In this document: positions 1 through 10,884 of the stretch, piece by piece
How the letters are laid out: each line of letters opens with the position of its first letter
How positions within the stretch are numbered: position 1 is the stretch's first letter
Assembly: GCA_000503875.1 (NCBI GenBank)
Contig: CP006913.1
Coordinates: 450,001 to 482,000 of the forward strand
Length of the DNA: 32,000 bases
Source: Candidatus Saccharimonadota bacterium
GTDB lineage: Bacteria > Patescibacteriota > Gracilibacteria > Absconditabacterales > Absconditicoccaceae
Direction: 5' to 3'
Notes under the pieces: generated by a model
The model's input: only the letters and a program-made list of their open reading frames with translations
Databases searched by the model: none
Told to the model about the DNA's origin: nothing
Translations under genes and position numbers: made by a program

Positions 1-530
1 AAGGGAAATCTATTAAAGAAATGGAGCCTAATGAAAGAGCTAAACTGTGAATTTTTCTTGCTTTTCAACATATTCCAGAAATTGCAGGATTGAAATTATT
101 TGAGTTTCTTAGAACAATTTATAATGCAAATCAATGACAAGAATATTCATTTTTACAATTTAAAAAAATAATAGAGCCACTATTTTTAGAACTAAATTTA
201 GAAAAAGATTTTTTGCGAAGAGATCTTAACGTGGGTTTTAGTGGTGGAGAAAGAAGAAAATTAGAGGTTCTTCAAATAAAATTACTCCAACCTAAATATA
301 TAATTCTGGATGAAATTGATAGTGGACTTGATGTTGATGCATTCAAAACCGTTGCAAAATTGGTTGCTGAAGAGAACAAAGAATGAAATACATTTATTGT
401 AATCACCCATATTTTTACAATTTTGGACTATATTTCCGTAGATAAAGTGTTTATTTTGGAAAACGGAAAAATAAGCAAAGAGTGAGATACATCTTTGATC
501 ACAAAAATCAAAAAAGAATGATTTAATTAA
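1..530 (+). CDS. sufC: Fe-S cluster assembly ATPase SufC, C-terminal part (5' end outside window)
   Basis: Frame 3 reads ...ERAKL[G]IFLAFQHIPEIAGL...VGFSGGERRKLEVLQIKLLQPKYIILDEIDSGLDVDA...NTFIVITH. This gives the ABC signature, Walker B and H-loop. Five in-frame TGA (e.g. 48-50) must be sense. TAA stop at 528-530. Confidence 0.9.
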
Positions 531-1269
531 TATTGTTTTTGATTTTTATTTCGGGTTTTTCTGGGTGTTCTACTTTTGCAATAAATCAATTCTGTCGTTC
601 TTCAAGAGTGTTATCTTGTTTAAATTTTTCTTTAAAAAAATTTAATAACTGAGGAGAAAAATATTTTAAATCAATAATTCATTTTTTATGTAAATCTGGA
701 AATATATCATCAAATCAAATTATTTTTCATGGAATAATTGCTGTGTTTACAATAGATTCATTGATATCACCATAATCACTAACAAATTTTCAAACACCAA
801 TATTAACGGTATTTCTACCTTTTTGATCCACATAGTAAACTATATTGTTATGTGTTCATTCTAAACCAAAATGAAGTTTATATATTAATGGATCAGGTGT
901 TTTTAATTCATTAACAACTAAATTAACATCGGAAAATCATGCTTCTTTCATATAATGCAATATCAAGAAAGAATATTCCAAACAAGTATTCATAAAAAAA
1001 ACTTCTTTTTCTGTTAACAATTGTCTTGTTGATAATTTTCGCATAGTATCAGGATCGTATTTTGGAGTTTTTTTTAAATTTGAATAAACACGATGAATTA
1101 TATCTGATATTACATAAAATACATCTTGATGTGTCTCGCATCAATCCAGTTTTTGGGTCTTTCCAAGAATACTATATATTTGTTGATCAGAAAGCAATTC
1201 TTTGTATCAATGAGATGCTATTTCTGATAATTGTTGTTTGGGAACTAAAATATTATTTAGATTTTCCAT
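523..1269 (-). CDS. hypothetical protein, 248 aa
   Basis: ATG at 1269-1267 and TAA at 525-523. I checked every triplet: there is no in-frame TAA/TAG but nine in-frame TGA (plus-strand TCA at 586, 679, 715, 727, 790, 856, 937, 1141, 1207). It is invisible in the standard-code track. No family recognised. Confidence 0.6.
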
Positions 1270-1344
1270 AAATAAAAAACCAAATAAAATAGAAAAAATC
1301 AATATCCGATAATAACGATTTTACAAAAAAAGTCAATTAAATGC

Positions 1345-1376
1345 AAAAAAGAAAAAACCCACTCATTTGAGCGGGT
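1345..1376 (-). terminator. intrinsic terminator downstream of the 171-aa gene
   Basis: On the minus strand: ACCCGCTCA-AAT-GAGTGGGT followed by TTTTTCTTTTTT. Confidence 0.6.
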
Positions 1377-1394
1377 CATAATTTAACTCTAGCT

Positions 1395-1910
1395 CTACAA
1401 GGTAGAGTTTTTATAAATAGCAATAGAGGTAGTTGTAACTTTTAGTTTGTACTTTTCTTTTTCAAAAAGAGATAACAAATTTTCCTCTAAGGCCACAGAA
1501 TTGTTGATTAAATGAATAGTAGGCTTTATAAAAATTTTTCCTCTTTCCATTTTTGCAGCGGAAAGAAAATTGTTTTCATAAGAGCCATCTGAATCAGTAT
1601 TGTGAAATACTTTTTCAATAATTTTAGCTATTTCACTTAATGGCGGAAGTTTGATAACGATCAAAAAGCAGGTGATGTCAATTGCAGTTCCCTCAGGAAA
1701 ATGCTGTTTCAAAAGCTTTCTAAGTAGCATATTATCAAATTTCAAACAAGGTTTTGGTCTGAGATATACTTTTTCATCCGATAAAGAACAATCAGAAAAG
1801 AAATTGTTATGAAAACTTTTGTTAAAGTTCGTCTCGCTAAATGCTTTTTTAATCAGAACTACTATCTCTTCTAGAGTATAGCGGTAGAGAATAGTGTTGG
1901 AGTCTTCCAT
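1395..1910 (-). CDS. hypothetical protein, 171 aa, two copies of a ~75-aa repeat
   Basis: Uninterrupted ORF with an ATG start. It shows an internal duplication and similarity to the neighbouring 93-aa ORF (see findings). It has its own terminator. Confidence 0.6.
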   Translation of the reverse strand: MEDSNTILYRYTLEEIVVLIKKAFSETNFNKSFHNNFFSDCSLSDEKVYLRPKPCLKFDNMLLRKLLKQHFPEGTAIDITCFLIVIKLPPLSEIAKIIEKVFHNTDSDGSYENNFLSAAKMERGKIFIKPTIHLINNSVALEENLLSLFEKEKYKLKVTTTSIAIYKNSTL

Positions 1911-1978
1911 TTTTAGATTTTTTTTTGTTAGCGGGTTGTTAATATATATTTTAATACTAAAGTCAATAGATATAATTT

Positions 1979-2009
1979 ATAAAAAAATCCCTTTATATTT
2001 TAAGGGATT
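1979..2009 (-). terminator. intrinsic terminator downstream of the 93-aa gene
   Basis: AATCCCTT / AAGGGATT 8-bp stem (1986-1993 / 2002-2009) with an 8-nt loop. On the minus strand it is followed by a T-run. Confidence 0.65.
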
Positions 2010-2026
2010 TTAGATAAGAAAGAGAT

Positions 2027-2308
2027 TTATTCCTTGTTTCGTTGTATAGTAATTATATCAACCGAAACTTCAACCGTGTAAAATTTTTCCAAAAAAATAC
2101 TTTGGAGGTATCTTTCTAATAAAATCGGGTCAAAAATAAAATTTGATTTGATTTTGATAGTAACTTTATTTTCATTTTGTTTTGTTGCTATCAATAAATC
2201 AGTTTTAAAAGAAAATTTAGATTTTGCTTTATTATAAGCTTCTTCAATAAGCTTTCCTGCTGTTTCAGCTTGAAAAACAGGAGATTTTTTTTTCTTTGAA
2301 AAACACAT
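2027..2308 (-). CDS. hypothetical protein, 93 aa, single copy of the repeat seen in 1395-1910
   Basis: Uninterrupted ORF. It is a paralogue of each half of the 171-aa neighbour. Confidence 0.55.
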   Translation of the reverse strand: MCFSKKKKSPVFQAETAGKLIEEAYNKAKSKFSFKTDLLIATKQNENKVTIKIKSNFIFDPILLERYLQSIFLEKFYTVEVSVDIITIQRNKE

Positions 2309-2425
2309 TTTGTATATATTTTGTTTTATATATACATAATAATTCGAAGAAGAAAATCAATGAATTAGATTTGAAAAAGAATAAGAAAATCCTAAAAGAG
2401 AAATATCTATTTTATAATAAGTATC

Positions 2426-3811
2426 ATGTCACTCAAAGATACCTTAGAATCAGCTGATAAAATTAAATATGAAATACTGATCAAATGACTTACAGAACAA
2501 ACGGTAAGACAAATTTCTGCTACTCAAAAAGAACCGGAATGGATGCTGGCACACAGATTAGAATGCTTTGCTACTTTTCAAAAAATGTCTTTGCCCAAAC
2601 GATGACCAAGTTTACAGTGATTAGATCTTGATGATATTGTTTATTATGCAAAACCAAGTAAAGAATATGAATGATATGCTAATAATCGAGAAGAAGTGCC
2701 AAAAGAAATCAAGGAAAAATTTCAAAAGTTGGGAATACCTGAAGCTGAACAAAAATATCTTTCTGGAGCGGGTGGTCAATACGATTCTCTCAATGTTTAT
2801 CACAAAATCAAAGATCAACGAGCAGCCAAAGGAGTAATTTTCGAAGACATGCCGCAGGCACTACGAAGTCATGAGGAATTAGTGAAAAAATATTTTATGA
2901 AGGTAGTGCCTGCTACAGATCATATTTTTGCTGCATTACACGGTGCCGTGTGGAGCGGGTGAACATTTATCTATATTCCAAAATGAGTCCAATTAGAGGA
3001 CCCGCTCCAGGCGTATTTTCGCATGAATACCTATGCTGGTGGTCAATTTGAACATACGCTAATTATTCTCGATGATGAAGCGAAAGGGTCTTATATTGAG
3101 GGATGCTCTGCACCAAAGTTTGATAAAGCATCATTACATGCAGGTTTAGTAGAAATAATTATCGGAAAACATGCTAAGATGAAATATTCTTCAGTAGAAA
3201 ATCGATCAACAAATACCTATAATCTCAATACCAAAAGAGCAATAGTAGAGGAGCATGGCTATATGGAATGGGTAAATGGAAATATGGGATCATGTACAAC
3301 AATGTTATATCCCTGTAGCATTTTAAAAGGTGATTGGAGTAAAACAGATATGCTAGGTATCGCTGTTGCAGGAAAGTGACAGAATCAAGATACAGGATCA
3401 AAAGCAATTCATATAGGTAAACATACTTCATCGACAATAATTTCAAAAACTATAGCAAAGGATGGCGGAATTTCTACGTATAGATGATTGGTTAAAATAA
3501 CTAAAAATGCAGAATATGCAGTAAATCACACAGAATGTGATGCATTACTTCTTGATGATGAGTCTGTCTCCACAACAATTCCAGATATTATTTGTGATAC
3601 AAAAACAGGAATAGTTGCTCATGAAGCAAGTGCAGGGAAAGTAGATGATTCTGAAATTTTTTATCTCACTGCTCGTGGTATTCCAGAAGAAAAAGCAATA
3701 GCTATGATAGTAAACGGATTCTTTTCATCTGTAGTCAAAAAGCTTCCTTTGGAATACGCAGGAGAATTAAATAAATTAATTGAAATGGAAATGGAAGGAT
3801 CTGTATGATAA
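2426..3811 (+). CDS. sufB: Fe-S cluster assembly scaffold protein SufB
   Basis: Four track fragments in one frame are joined by TGA. The sequence reads HGAVWSG[G]TFIYIPK[G][14 protein letters not shown], then EGCSAP, and [15 protein letters not shown] with CGA (3203-3205) at the conserved W. The C-terminus MEMEGSV[G] is followed by TAA at 3809-3811, and SufB proteins end in SVG. Confidence 0.95.
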
Positions 3812-3815
3812 GAAA

Positions 3816-3845
3816 AAACCGACAAATAATGCCGGTTTTAAAATT
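3816..3845. terminator. bidirectional hairpin between convergent sufB and the 3851-4621 gene
   Basis: AACCG(3817-3821)/CGGTT(3833-3837) stem with an 11-nt loop. It is flanked by an A-run upstream and a T-rich run downstream. Confidence 0.45.
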
Positions 3846-3850
3846 CAGAT

Positions 3851-4621
3851 TTAAAAAGTTATTTTTCTCTTTTTTTCCCAAAATTCATAGTTATCCGGGA
3901 AATAAAGTATTCTCTTTCCTCCATCAATTTGCAAAGAAAGACCAAAATCATCAATAATAAGTATTTTAGTTTCATACTTAGGGACACTTTTCATGTCAAT
4001 TTTTCTTTTCACTGTAATATAATTATCACCAGTAGATAATATAATATCCCTTATAATTATATTCGAAAGAAGTTTAACCTCTTTTTTTTGAGCTCCAATA
4101 ACATAATAAAAAACTTTTCCTTGGAGAGCAGGTGATAAATAAACCTGGTCCTCAGATATGTTTAATTTAATATGAAGCCGAAAGGCAAGAGAATCTCTTC
4201 CAAGAAGGACACATGAAAGAACCTCAAAAAAAACTGGTCTTTCTTTTTTCACAAGGGTATCCTTTTGAAAAGTACTATCTTGTTTTGCTACAAGAAGCAT
4301 ACTATCTTGTTTTGGCAAGGATATAATACTATCCTGCTTTATCAGAGAGTCGGGAATAACAGCTATATGTACAAGAGAATCATTCTTATGCAAAGAAAAA
4401 ATCTTTTTTTGTAAAATAATAGCTTGTTGTTCCAGGGTAGTAATTTCCATTTTTTTTAGGTCAATAATAGTCGTTAAACTATCCAACTGATGTTGGATAA
4501 ATTGCGTACTATCAACGACCAAAGTATCACTTCGAACAGTTTGAACAAGAATACTATCAGCAATTTGTCCAAAAGTTAAAAAAGGAATACTTCCCAAAAG
4601 ACAGCATATAAACCACTTCAT
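3851..4621 (-). CDS. secreted hypothetical protein, 256 aa
   Basis: Uninterrupted ORF. The N-terminus MKWFICCLLGSIPFLTFGQ looks like a signal peptide. There is no in-frame TGA. Confidence 0.6.
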   Translation of the reverse strand: MKWFICCLLGSIPFLTFGQIADSILVQTVRSDTLVVDSTQFIQHQLDSLTTIIDLKKMEITTLEQQAIILQKKIFSLHKNDSLVHIAVIPDSLIKQDSIISLPKQDSMLLVAKQDSTFQKDTLVKKERPVFFEVLSCVLLGRDSLAFRLHIKLNISEDQVYLSPALQGKVFYYVIGAQKKEVKLLSNIIIRDIILSTGDNYITVKRKIDMKSVPKYETKILIIDDFGLSLQIDGGKRILYFPDNYEFWEKKRKITF

Positions 4622-4803
4622 ATTTTATTTTTATTAGGTTATTTTATTTCAGTTTATAGTAGATATATTGTTATAATAAAAGAAGTCAATATAAAAGAAC
4701 TCTGACAAAAAATAAATTTATGTTTTTATTTTTTTAATAAAAAACATATTGCTATTAAGGATAATTTTGTTATAAAATCCTAGTTTATTTTTTAACTCAA
4801 AAA

Positions 4804-5394
4804 ATGACATCTAGAGAGACAGGATCAGAAGTAAAATCACCAATATTCACAAAAAAACGAACAAATTTTTTTAAACCAACAAAAAAAGAAATCAAAGATA
4901 TATTAGAAGAAACACCTAAACAAAATGGGATGCATAATTTTACTCAAGACATTACGCCTATAGACACAATACCTACTTCAATGGAAGAAATAAAAAAGGC
5001 CATAGATGTTTGTATTATAAACGATGCAGAAAATATAAGTGTAGATTCTATTGAGGACAGATTTCCGAACATTGAAGATGAATTTCCAGAATGAGAATGA
5101 TGGAAAACTCCTATAGAAAAATATATCAAAAATTATAGAAAATTACTCGTTCGAATAAAAGAAACTTTGGTTAATGATCCTCAAATTATTGATAAATACG
5201 GATCAGTATTCGGAAATATTATAGACGAAGGTCAAAAGAAAAGAGAAATAAAACCAGATCAAATAGCGATATTATTAGAATTTATTTTCAAATACAATAA
5301 AGAGTGTTATCTGTTTACTCAAGATGATATTATTAATGTATGTATTGAACAATCAGATAATAAACTATTAAATACTATAATATTCAAAAATTAA
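4804..5394 (+). CDS. hypothetical protein, 196 aa
   Basis: Track ORFs 4804-5094 and 5167-5394 share a frame and are joined through two TGA (5092-5094, 5098-5100). TAA stop at 5392-5394. Confidence 0.55.
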
Positions 5395-5482
5395 AAAGCA
5401 AAAGCCTTGAAGAAAAACATAAAATATATACAAAGAAAACAGTATAGATATTTTTAGTGTATATGTAAAATTGAAACATCCC

Positions 5483-6025
5483 ATGGAAAATATAGGACAT
5501 AATTCAGAAAAGAAACCTTGATCTCAATATATATCAGTAACGAAATCGTTTCTTATTTTGAGTATATTAATAGCAGATCCTCAAGGATATTCTATGATTA
5601 CAGAAAAAGCATCGATATATGAAAATGTTGATACACAAACAGATAAACAAATAATAGAAGAAGCTGTTAAAAAAACGTTATTAGATTTAAAAAGTCTCGA
5701 TCAACTTCCTAAAGCGATACAATATATAAATAAAAACATTCAAAATGTACCAAAAAGTATAGATATTACGCCAAAAAAAATAACCGAACCAGTAAAAGGA
5801 ATTATCCTAATTTTAGGATGAAGAAAATTTTTTATCGAACCATTAATTGGAAAAATACAAACAATGAAGTTAACAAATGAAGCATTAGAATTGGAAACGA
5901 CATATCTTGATAAAAAATATTCCAGAGAACAAAAGCTCCCAGAATTATGTTATAGATTATGGAATACTCCAAAAGGAAAATGAGAAAAATCATGATTTAT
6001 AGGAAGTATAATAACTGAAATATAA
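5483..6025 (+). CDS. hypothetical membrane protein, 180 aa
   Basis: ATG at 5483. In-frame TGA at 5519-5521, 5819-5821 and two more near the 3' end. TAA at 6023-6025. There is a hydrophobic segment SFLILSILIA. Confidence 0.5.
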
Positions 6026-6050
6026 TTAGATTTTATTTATAAAAAATATA

Positions 6051-6629
6051 ATGTTACAAAAAATCGTTAATCTTATTTTCGAATCTCTTCACCTCAAAAA
6101 TTTAGATCATATAGGATTCAAATATCTTCACATTAAACAACCTGATACTGTTGCTGAACATTCACTCAATGCAGCACAAATCGGTTATATTTTAGCGAAA
6201 ATGGAAGGTGCCGATGCAAATAAAGTAGCAACTATGCTCGTTTGGCATGATATTGCGGAAACAAGAATAGGGGATATGCATAAAGTTGCTGTTGGATATA
6301 TTACCAACAAAAAAGAATTAGAAAGACAAGTCATGAAAGATCAATTTAATGGATTAGATTTTGGTGAAGAAATTCAAACATATTTTCAAGAAATGGATGA
6401 TAGACTAACACTTGAATGAAAGGTCGCTAAAGATGCAGATTATCTTGAACAAGCTTTTCAAGCAAAAACATACAAAGAAATAGGCTATGAAGATGCACAG
6501 AATTGGATAACTAATGTAGGAAATGCTTTGAGAACTGAAAGTGCAAAGAAAATTCGAACTCAAATGTGTCAGACAAAATCAAGTGATCGACGACTCAAGG
6601 AAGCACTTCAAAATTTAAAAAACGTATAA
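6051..6629 (+). CDS. HD-domain phosphohydrolase (YfbR/COG1896-like)
   Basis: The sequence contains VAEHSLNAAQIGYILA, LVWHDIAETRIGD and [G]KVAKDADYLEQAFQAK. It reads through TGA at 6417-6419. TAA at 6627-6629. Confidence 0.8.
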
Positions 6630-6649
6630 TTTTATTACACTGCTATCTA

Positions 6650-7945
6650 ATGACAAAAACAAAAATATTATTTTTAGGAGGTTTATTATACTTATTTGGC
6701 CTTTCCTCAAGCAATGCTTATCTTCTCTGACTTAAATCAGCAGACAATACTATAGAAAATATTCAATCTATAGAAGAAAAACATACAATCAGAATTCCTT
6801 TGGTTGGATTTATTTTTGATCCACGAGGAGATTATGTTGTAGATACACTCAATCAACTTTCTGGAACATTAGGTACAACAAGAATATATCATATTACTGT
6901 TTCTCCAAATGGTTTTTCTGCTGCTGAAGTAGCAGAAGGAAAATTTGATAAACAATATCTCCAGTTTTTTCAAGCAATCAAAGATAATAATCTGAGGGTG
7001 GTATTTAGAACAATGCACGAGATGAACGGCGGACGATACCCTTGGTCCTCGCATCCTGAAAACTTCAAAAAAGCACGAATCCACGTCCGAGATCTTTCTA
7101 GAACAGTTGGTTTATCGACAAACAATATCTTGTTTGATTTTTCGGTAAATCACCGAGACATGCCTACCAAACAGACGCCAAGCCAAAAAGCAAAACTTAT
7201 ACCTTGTCAGTTATCTTGGAAAGAAAAAACAGGATGCTATACATTTGAAGATTATTATCCATGAGCTGAATATGTTGATCTTATTTGATTTACTTTTTAT
7301 AATCGAGGAAAAGGATTTGCCGATAGAAAACGACTTACTCCATCACAAATAGTATACGAAAAAGGACGAAATCCGCTTCAAAGAATCAAATCTTTCAATA
7401 AACCTATTATTATTGATGAAGTAGGGACAACAGCCGTTTGGTATGAAGAAGAATTTAATTATAAAATTTCCAAAGAAATATATAAAACAAATTATAAAAT
7501 GAAAAACACCTGGTTACGACAGCTACAAAATTTACTTTGGAAAGAGCAAGATATTATTGGTACCGTATATTTTAATGTAGATTATACAAATGGATTGACA
7601 AAAAAATTGATAGGTGAGGCAGATCGATCAGTAATTAACTTAGAAACTAAAAAAGTATATAATACAATTTTTACTCTTTTCAAAAATGGAGACGATCTTC
7701 ATTTACGATCACCGTTACTCAATCTTTTTGGTGTAGGGTTAATGGAAATAAATAATAAAGAAACTTTTGTTCCTCTAAAATTATTTTCAAAGATGAGAAC
7801 ATTACAATCAGGAATAAATAAATTATGAAAAACAGATGAAGAACGTAAAAAAATATTAACATCTCTTTCGTCCGATCAACTCAAAAAAATGTTTCCAACA
7901 AGTACTTTAAAAGAAAGAGAAAATATATTAGAACTTATAAAGTAA
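6650..7945 (+). CDS. secreted GH26-like glycoside hydrolase
   Basis: Signal-peptide-like N-terminus MTKTKILFLGGLLYLFGLSS. The motif FRTMHEMNGG[CGA]YPWS resembles the GH26 RPLHEMNGxWFWWG motif. The motif NKPIIIDEVG resembles the nucleophile motif. Three track fragments are joined by TGA. There are about ten CGA codons. TAA at 7943-7945. Confidence 0.6.
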
Positions 7946-8851
7946 TTATCATTGAAATTCCAAAGTTTTTGCTATATATCATTTTTTTTCATACCAATCA
8001 ATTACTTCCAAAATATCTTCTATAGGAGTAGATGCTCAGCCAGTAACTGCAACGTTACTGAAATTTTGATGCATAAATTCTTTATTTTCCAATAAATCTG
8101 ATAATCATTCACCAAAAAATACTTTCTTTCATAATTTTTCTCATATTTTATACAATTCTTTGGTATTACTACTTTCCTTACCTCAAATAACAACAAGCGT
8201 TTCAAAATTTGATGTAAATTTTTGAATAACTCATTGTCTTTCGTAAGTTGCTTTACATATATCCAATATTTTTGGTGTAATAGCTGCTGAAAATTGTTGT
8301 TGAATCTGTTTAATAAGATGTTGGACGAGATCAAAATTTAATGTTGTTTGTGAAAGAATAGCAAAAGGTCATGAAAAAGGAATATGAGGGATTTCAGAAA
8401 CATCAAGTATACTACAAACCTCAGCTCATTGAAATTGTATATCATGTATTACATTTTCCGCTTCTTGATGTCATTGTTTACCAATATAAACAAATTTTTT
8501 AATTCATTGTTCTATAAAATATCTTATTTCATTATAAATTTTAGAAACAAATGGACATTCCAGACTATAAACAGCTTTAAATAGAGTAGTAGCTTCATTA
8601 AATATATTTCTAGAAATACCATGAGCAGAAAAAACTACAACAGCATCTTTGCTGGGTACTTCTTGTATAGTTTCAACAAATTTTACTCCACGATCTATAA
8701 AATAGGTAGTCACTTTGGGATTGTGAACCAAAGCGTGAATACAGTAAATAGTATCATTGGAGTGCTTTTCTATAACTTTTTGTAATTCTTCTATTGATCT
8801 TTTTACACCAAAGCAAAAACTAGATGGTTTAAGATAATAAATATATGACAT
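7946..8851 (-). CDS. ispH: 4-hydroxy-3-methylbut-2-enyl diphosphate reductase IspH/LytB
   Basis: I hand-translated the whole gene. Motifs: MSYIYYLKPSSFCFGVKRSI, VVFSAHGIS, ECPFVSKIY, IGKQ[G]HQEAE, AILSQTTL, DICKATYERQ, VVI[G]GKESSNTKEL and VAVT[G]ASTP. There are about 12 in-frame TGA. TAA at 7948-7946. Confidence 0.9.
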
Positions 8852-8958
8852 AAGTAAAGTAAGGAATAAATAATAGGAGAATATCAATAAATACATTGAG
8901 TTCAAGATATTTTTTTAAAGAAAAAACTGAGAAAAAAATCTCAGTCTTTACATAATAA

Positions 8959-9420
8959 TTATCCATCACAACCAAGTCCATCACAGCAAAGCATTTCGGC
9001 AACTTCCATTGTTCTAAGAGGAAATAATTCTTGGAAAACCTCCAATGAAGGAAGTATTTCATTTTTCTTTAGGTGAATAAATGGAGTAAGATCTTTACCC
9101 GTATTCATACCAATTTCGAAAAAATAACTATTATTTTCTCCATCAAATATAATTTGAATTCCTGATAAATAAGAATTCTTAATTAAAAATATTTTTGCTG
9201 AAGACGATAAAATGGTTTTGCAATACATGACAAAGTTCTTTGATGAAGGGAAAAGATATTCTTTCACCAAAATTGATTCATAGACAGAATTATGTTCTTG
9301 ATCAGAATAAAATTCAGCATCAATAGATTCTTCAGAAAAGTCTTTTTTACCTCTTCTAAATCCTTCCATTTTTGAGAAAGCTATACTAATAGCTTCCAGA
9401 TATTCTTTAAACTGTTCCAT
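8959..9420 (-). CDS. hypothetical protein, 153 aa, Cys-rich C-terminus (MLCCDGLGCDG)
   Basis: Uninterrupted ORF with an ATG start. No family recognised. Confidence 0.55.
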   Translation of the reverse strand: MEQFKEYLEAISIAFSKMEGFRRGKKDFSEESIDAEFYSDQEHNSVYESILVKEYLFPSSKNFVMYCKTILSSSAKIFLIKNSYLSGIQIIFDGENNSYFFEIGMNTGKDLTPFIHLKKNEILPSLEVFQELFPLRTMEVAEMLCCDGLGCDG

Positions 9421-9496
9421 AGTATATGTGTTTTAATTTATTTTTGTTTTTATGTTGACATAAGATAATAATTCTAATTTAATATACAAGTAATTT

Positions 9497-10729
9497 TTAT
9501 CCTTCAACTTTTTCTACGGTAACTCCTATAGCTTTGAGTTTATGTTCGATATCATCGTATCATCTAGCAATAATATCTTCATTCATAACATACGTTGTTC
9601 CTTTTGCCATAACCCCAGCAAGCATCATTGCACCACCACATCTAAGATCTCTACTAGAAACATAACCACCTTTAAGAGTAGTGGGACCAACAACTATTGC
9701 CTGATATGGATTGAGAATCTCGATTTTTGCACCAAGATTTTCGAGTTCATTGAGATAGGCAAATCTACCTTCATACAGCGTTTCGAAAATCTTCGAAATT
9801 CATTTACATTGAGTCACAAGAGTACCAAAAATCGACTGTAAATCAGTAGGAAACCCTGGATAAATTCTTGTTTCTACCTTAACCGCTTGATAATTCTTTT
9901 TATTAAACGAATTTACCACAATAGTATATTTATCGATAATTTTAAAATTAATTCCAATCCTATCTGCAACGCTATACAATGCAGAAAGTTCATCTACATG
10001 ACATCCTTTGATCGTAATTTCAGAATTATCAGCACCTGCACCGATAGCAAAATAGGTACCTGCTTCGATATAATCAGCAATAATAGTAAATTCAGATTCT
10101 TTAATTTTTATTTTAGATGGTTTAACAACAAGCGTATGATCAACATTTAAGGTAATATCAGCTCCCGCATTATTCAAAAATTCAATCAGATTTCTTACAT
10201 GCGGTTCGATTGCTACTTGGTAAATATTCACTTCGTAGTCAAAGTTATTTGCAAAGGCTAGATAAGTGATTAATGCTTCAACAGCAGTTACCGAGAATCC
10301 TTGGAGCATAATATTTTTCTTGGGTTGACCTGTTACTTCAAATGTTTTAAACTCATCATTAGTAATAGTAATTCCAGCCTTAATCAAAGCATCATCAAAC
10401 ATATCAAGCGGTCTCTTACCAATTGCACAACCACCACTTCCTATAAATTTCACCTTTCCATATTTAATAAGCCCTAAGGGAATAAGTAGTATAGATGCTC
10501 TAAATTTAGTAGCTTTCTCCGAAGTAAGATCAAAAAACTCCTTAGAGATAGCTAATGATTCCGTAGCAAGTTCTTCCATAGCAGCAATATCTTTTATATT
10601 TGGTTTATTTATTAATTTTACTTGATTGTCCAAAATGTAATTTGCAGCTACAATAGGCAAGGCAGCATTTTTGCTTCCAGAAATCTGTACTTCACCTTTT
10701 AGATTTGGAGAATAAGAAATCTTATACAT
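9497..10729 (-). CDS. murA: UDP-N-acetylglucosamine 1-carboxyvinyltransferase MurA
   Basis: The sequence begins MYKISYSPNLKGEVQISGSKNAALPI and contains YPGFPTDLQ. It continues through TGA (9802-9800) as ...K[G]ISKIFETLYEGRFAYLNELENLGAKI...DLRCGGAMMLAG...IAR[G]YDDIEHKLKAIG. TAA at 9499-9497. Confidence 0.95.
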
Positions 10730-10884
10730 CAGGGTAAGAATAAGAAAATAAAGAAAGTATCGAAAATGAGTATATATTTTCCAAAAACATTTTCAAAGCA
10801 AAATTAAATCTGATTTTTTAATATTGTTTTTTATCTTGAGAAATATAAACATAAATCATTGTTTTTAATTATTAATGTAATCAT

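Noticed and set aside
8020-8334. A 104-aa minus-strand ORF in the track.
   Set aside because: It lies in a different frame inside ispH. The ispH frame, read through TGA, gives conserved IspH motifs across this interval.
9542-10150. Two plus-strand ORFs (9542-9841 and 9887-10150).
   Set aside because: They are antisense to the well-supported murA gene. Their composition is low-complexity, Ser/Ile/Phe/Asn-rich, typical of shadow ORFs in AT-rich DNA.
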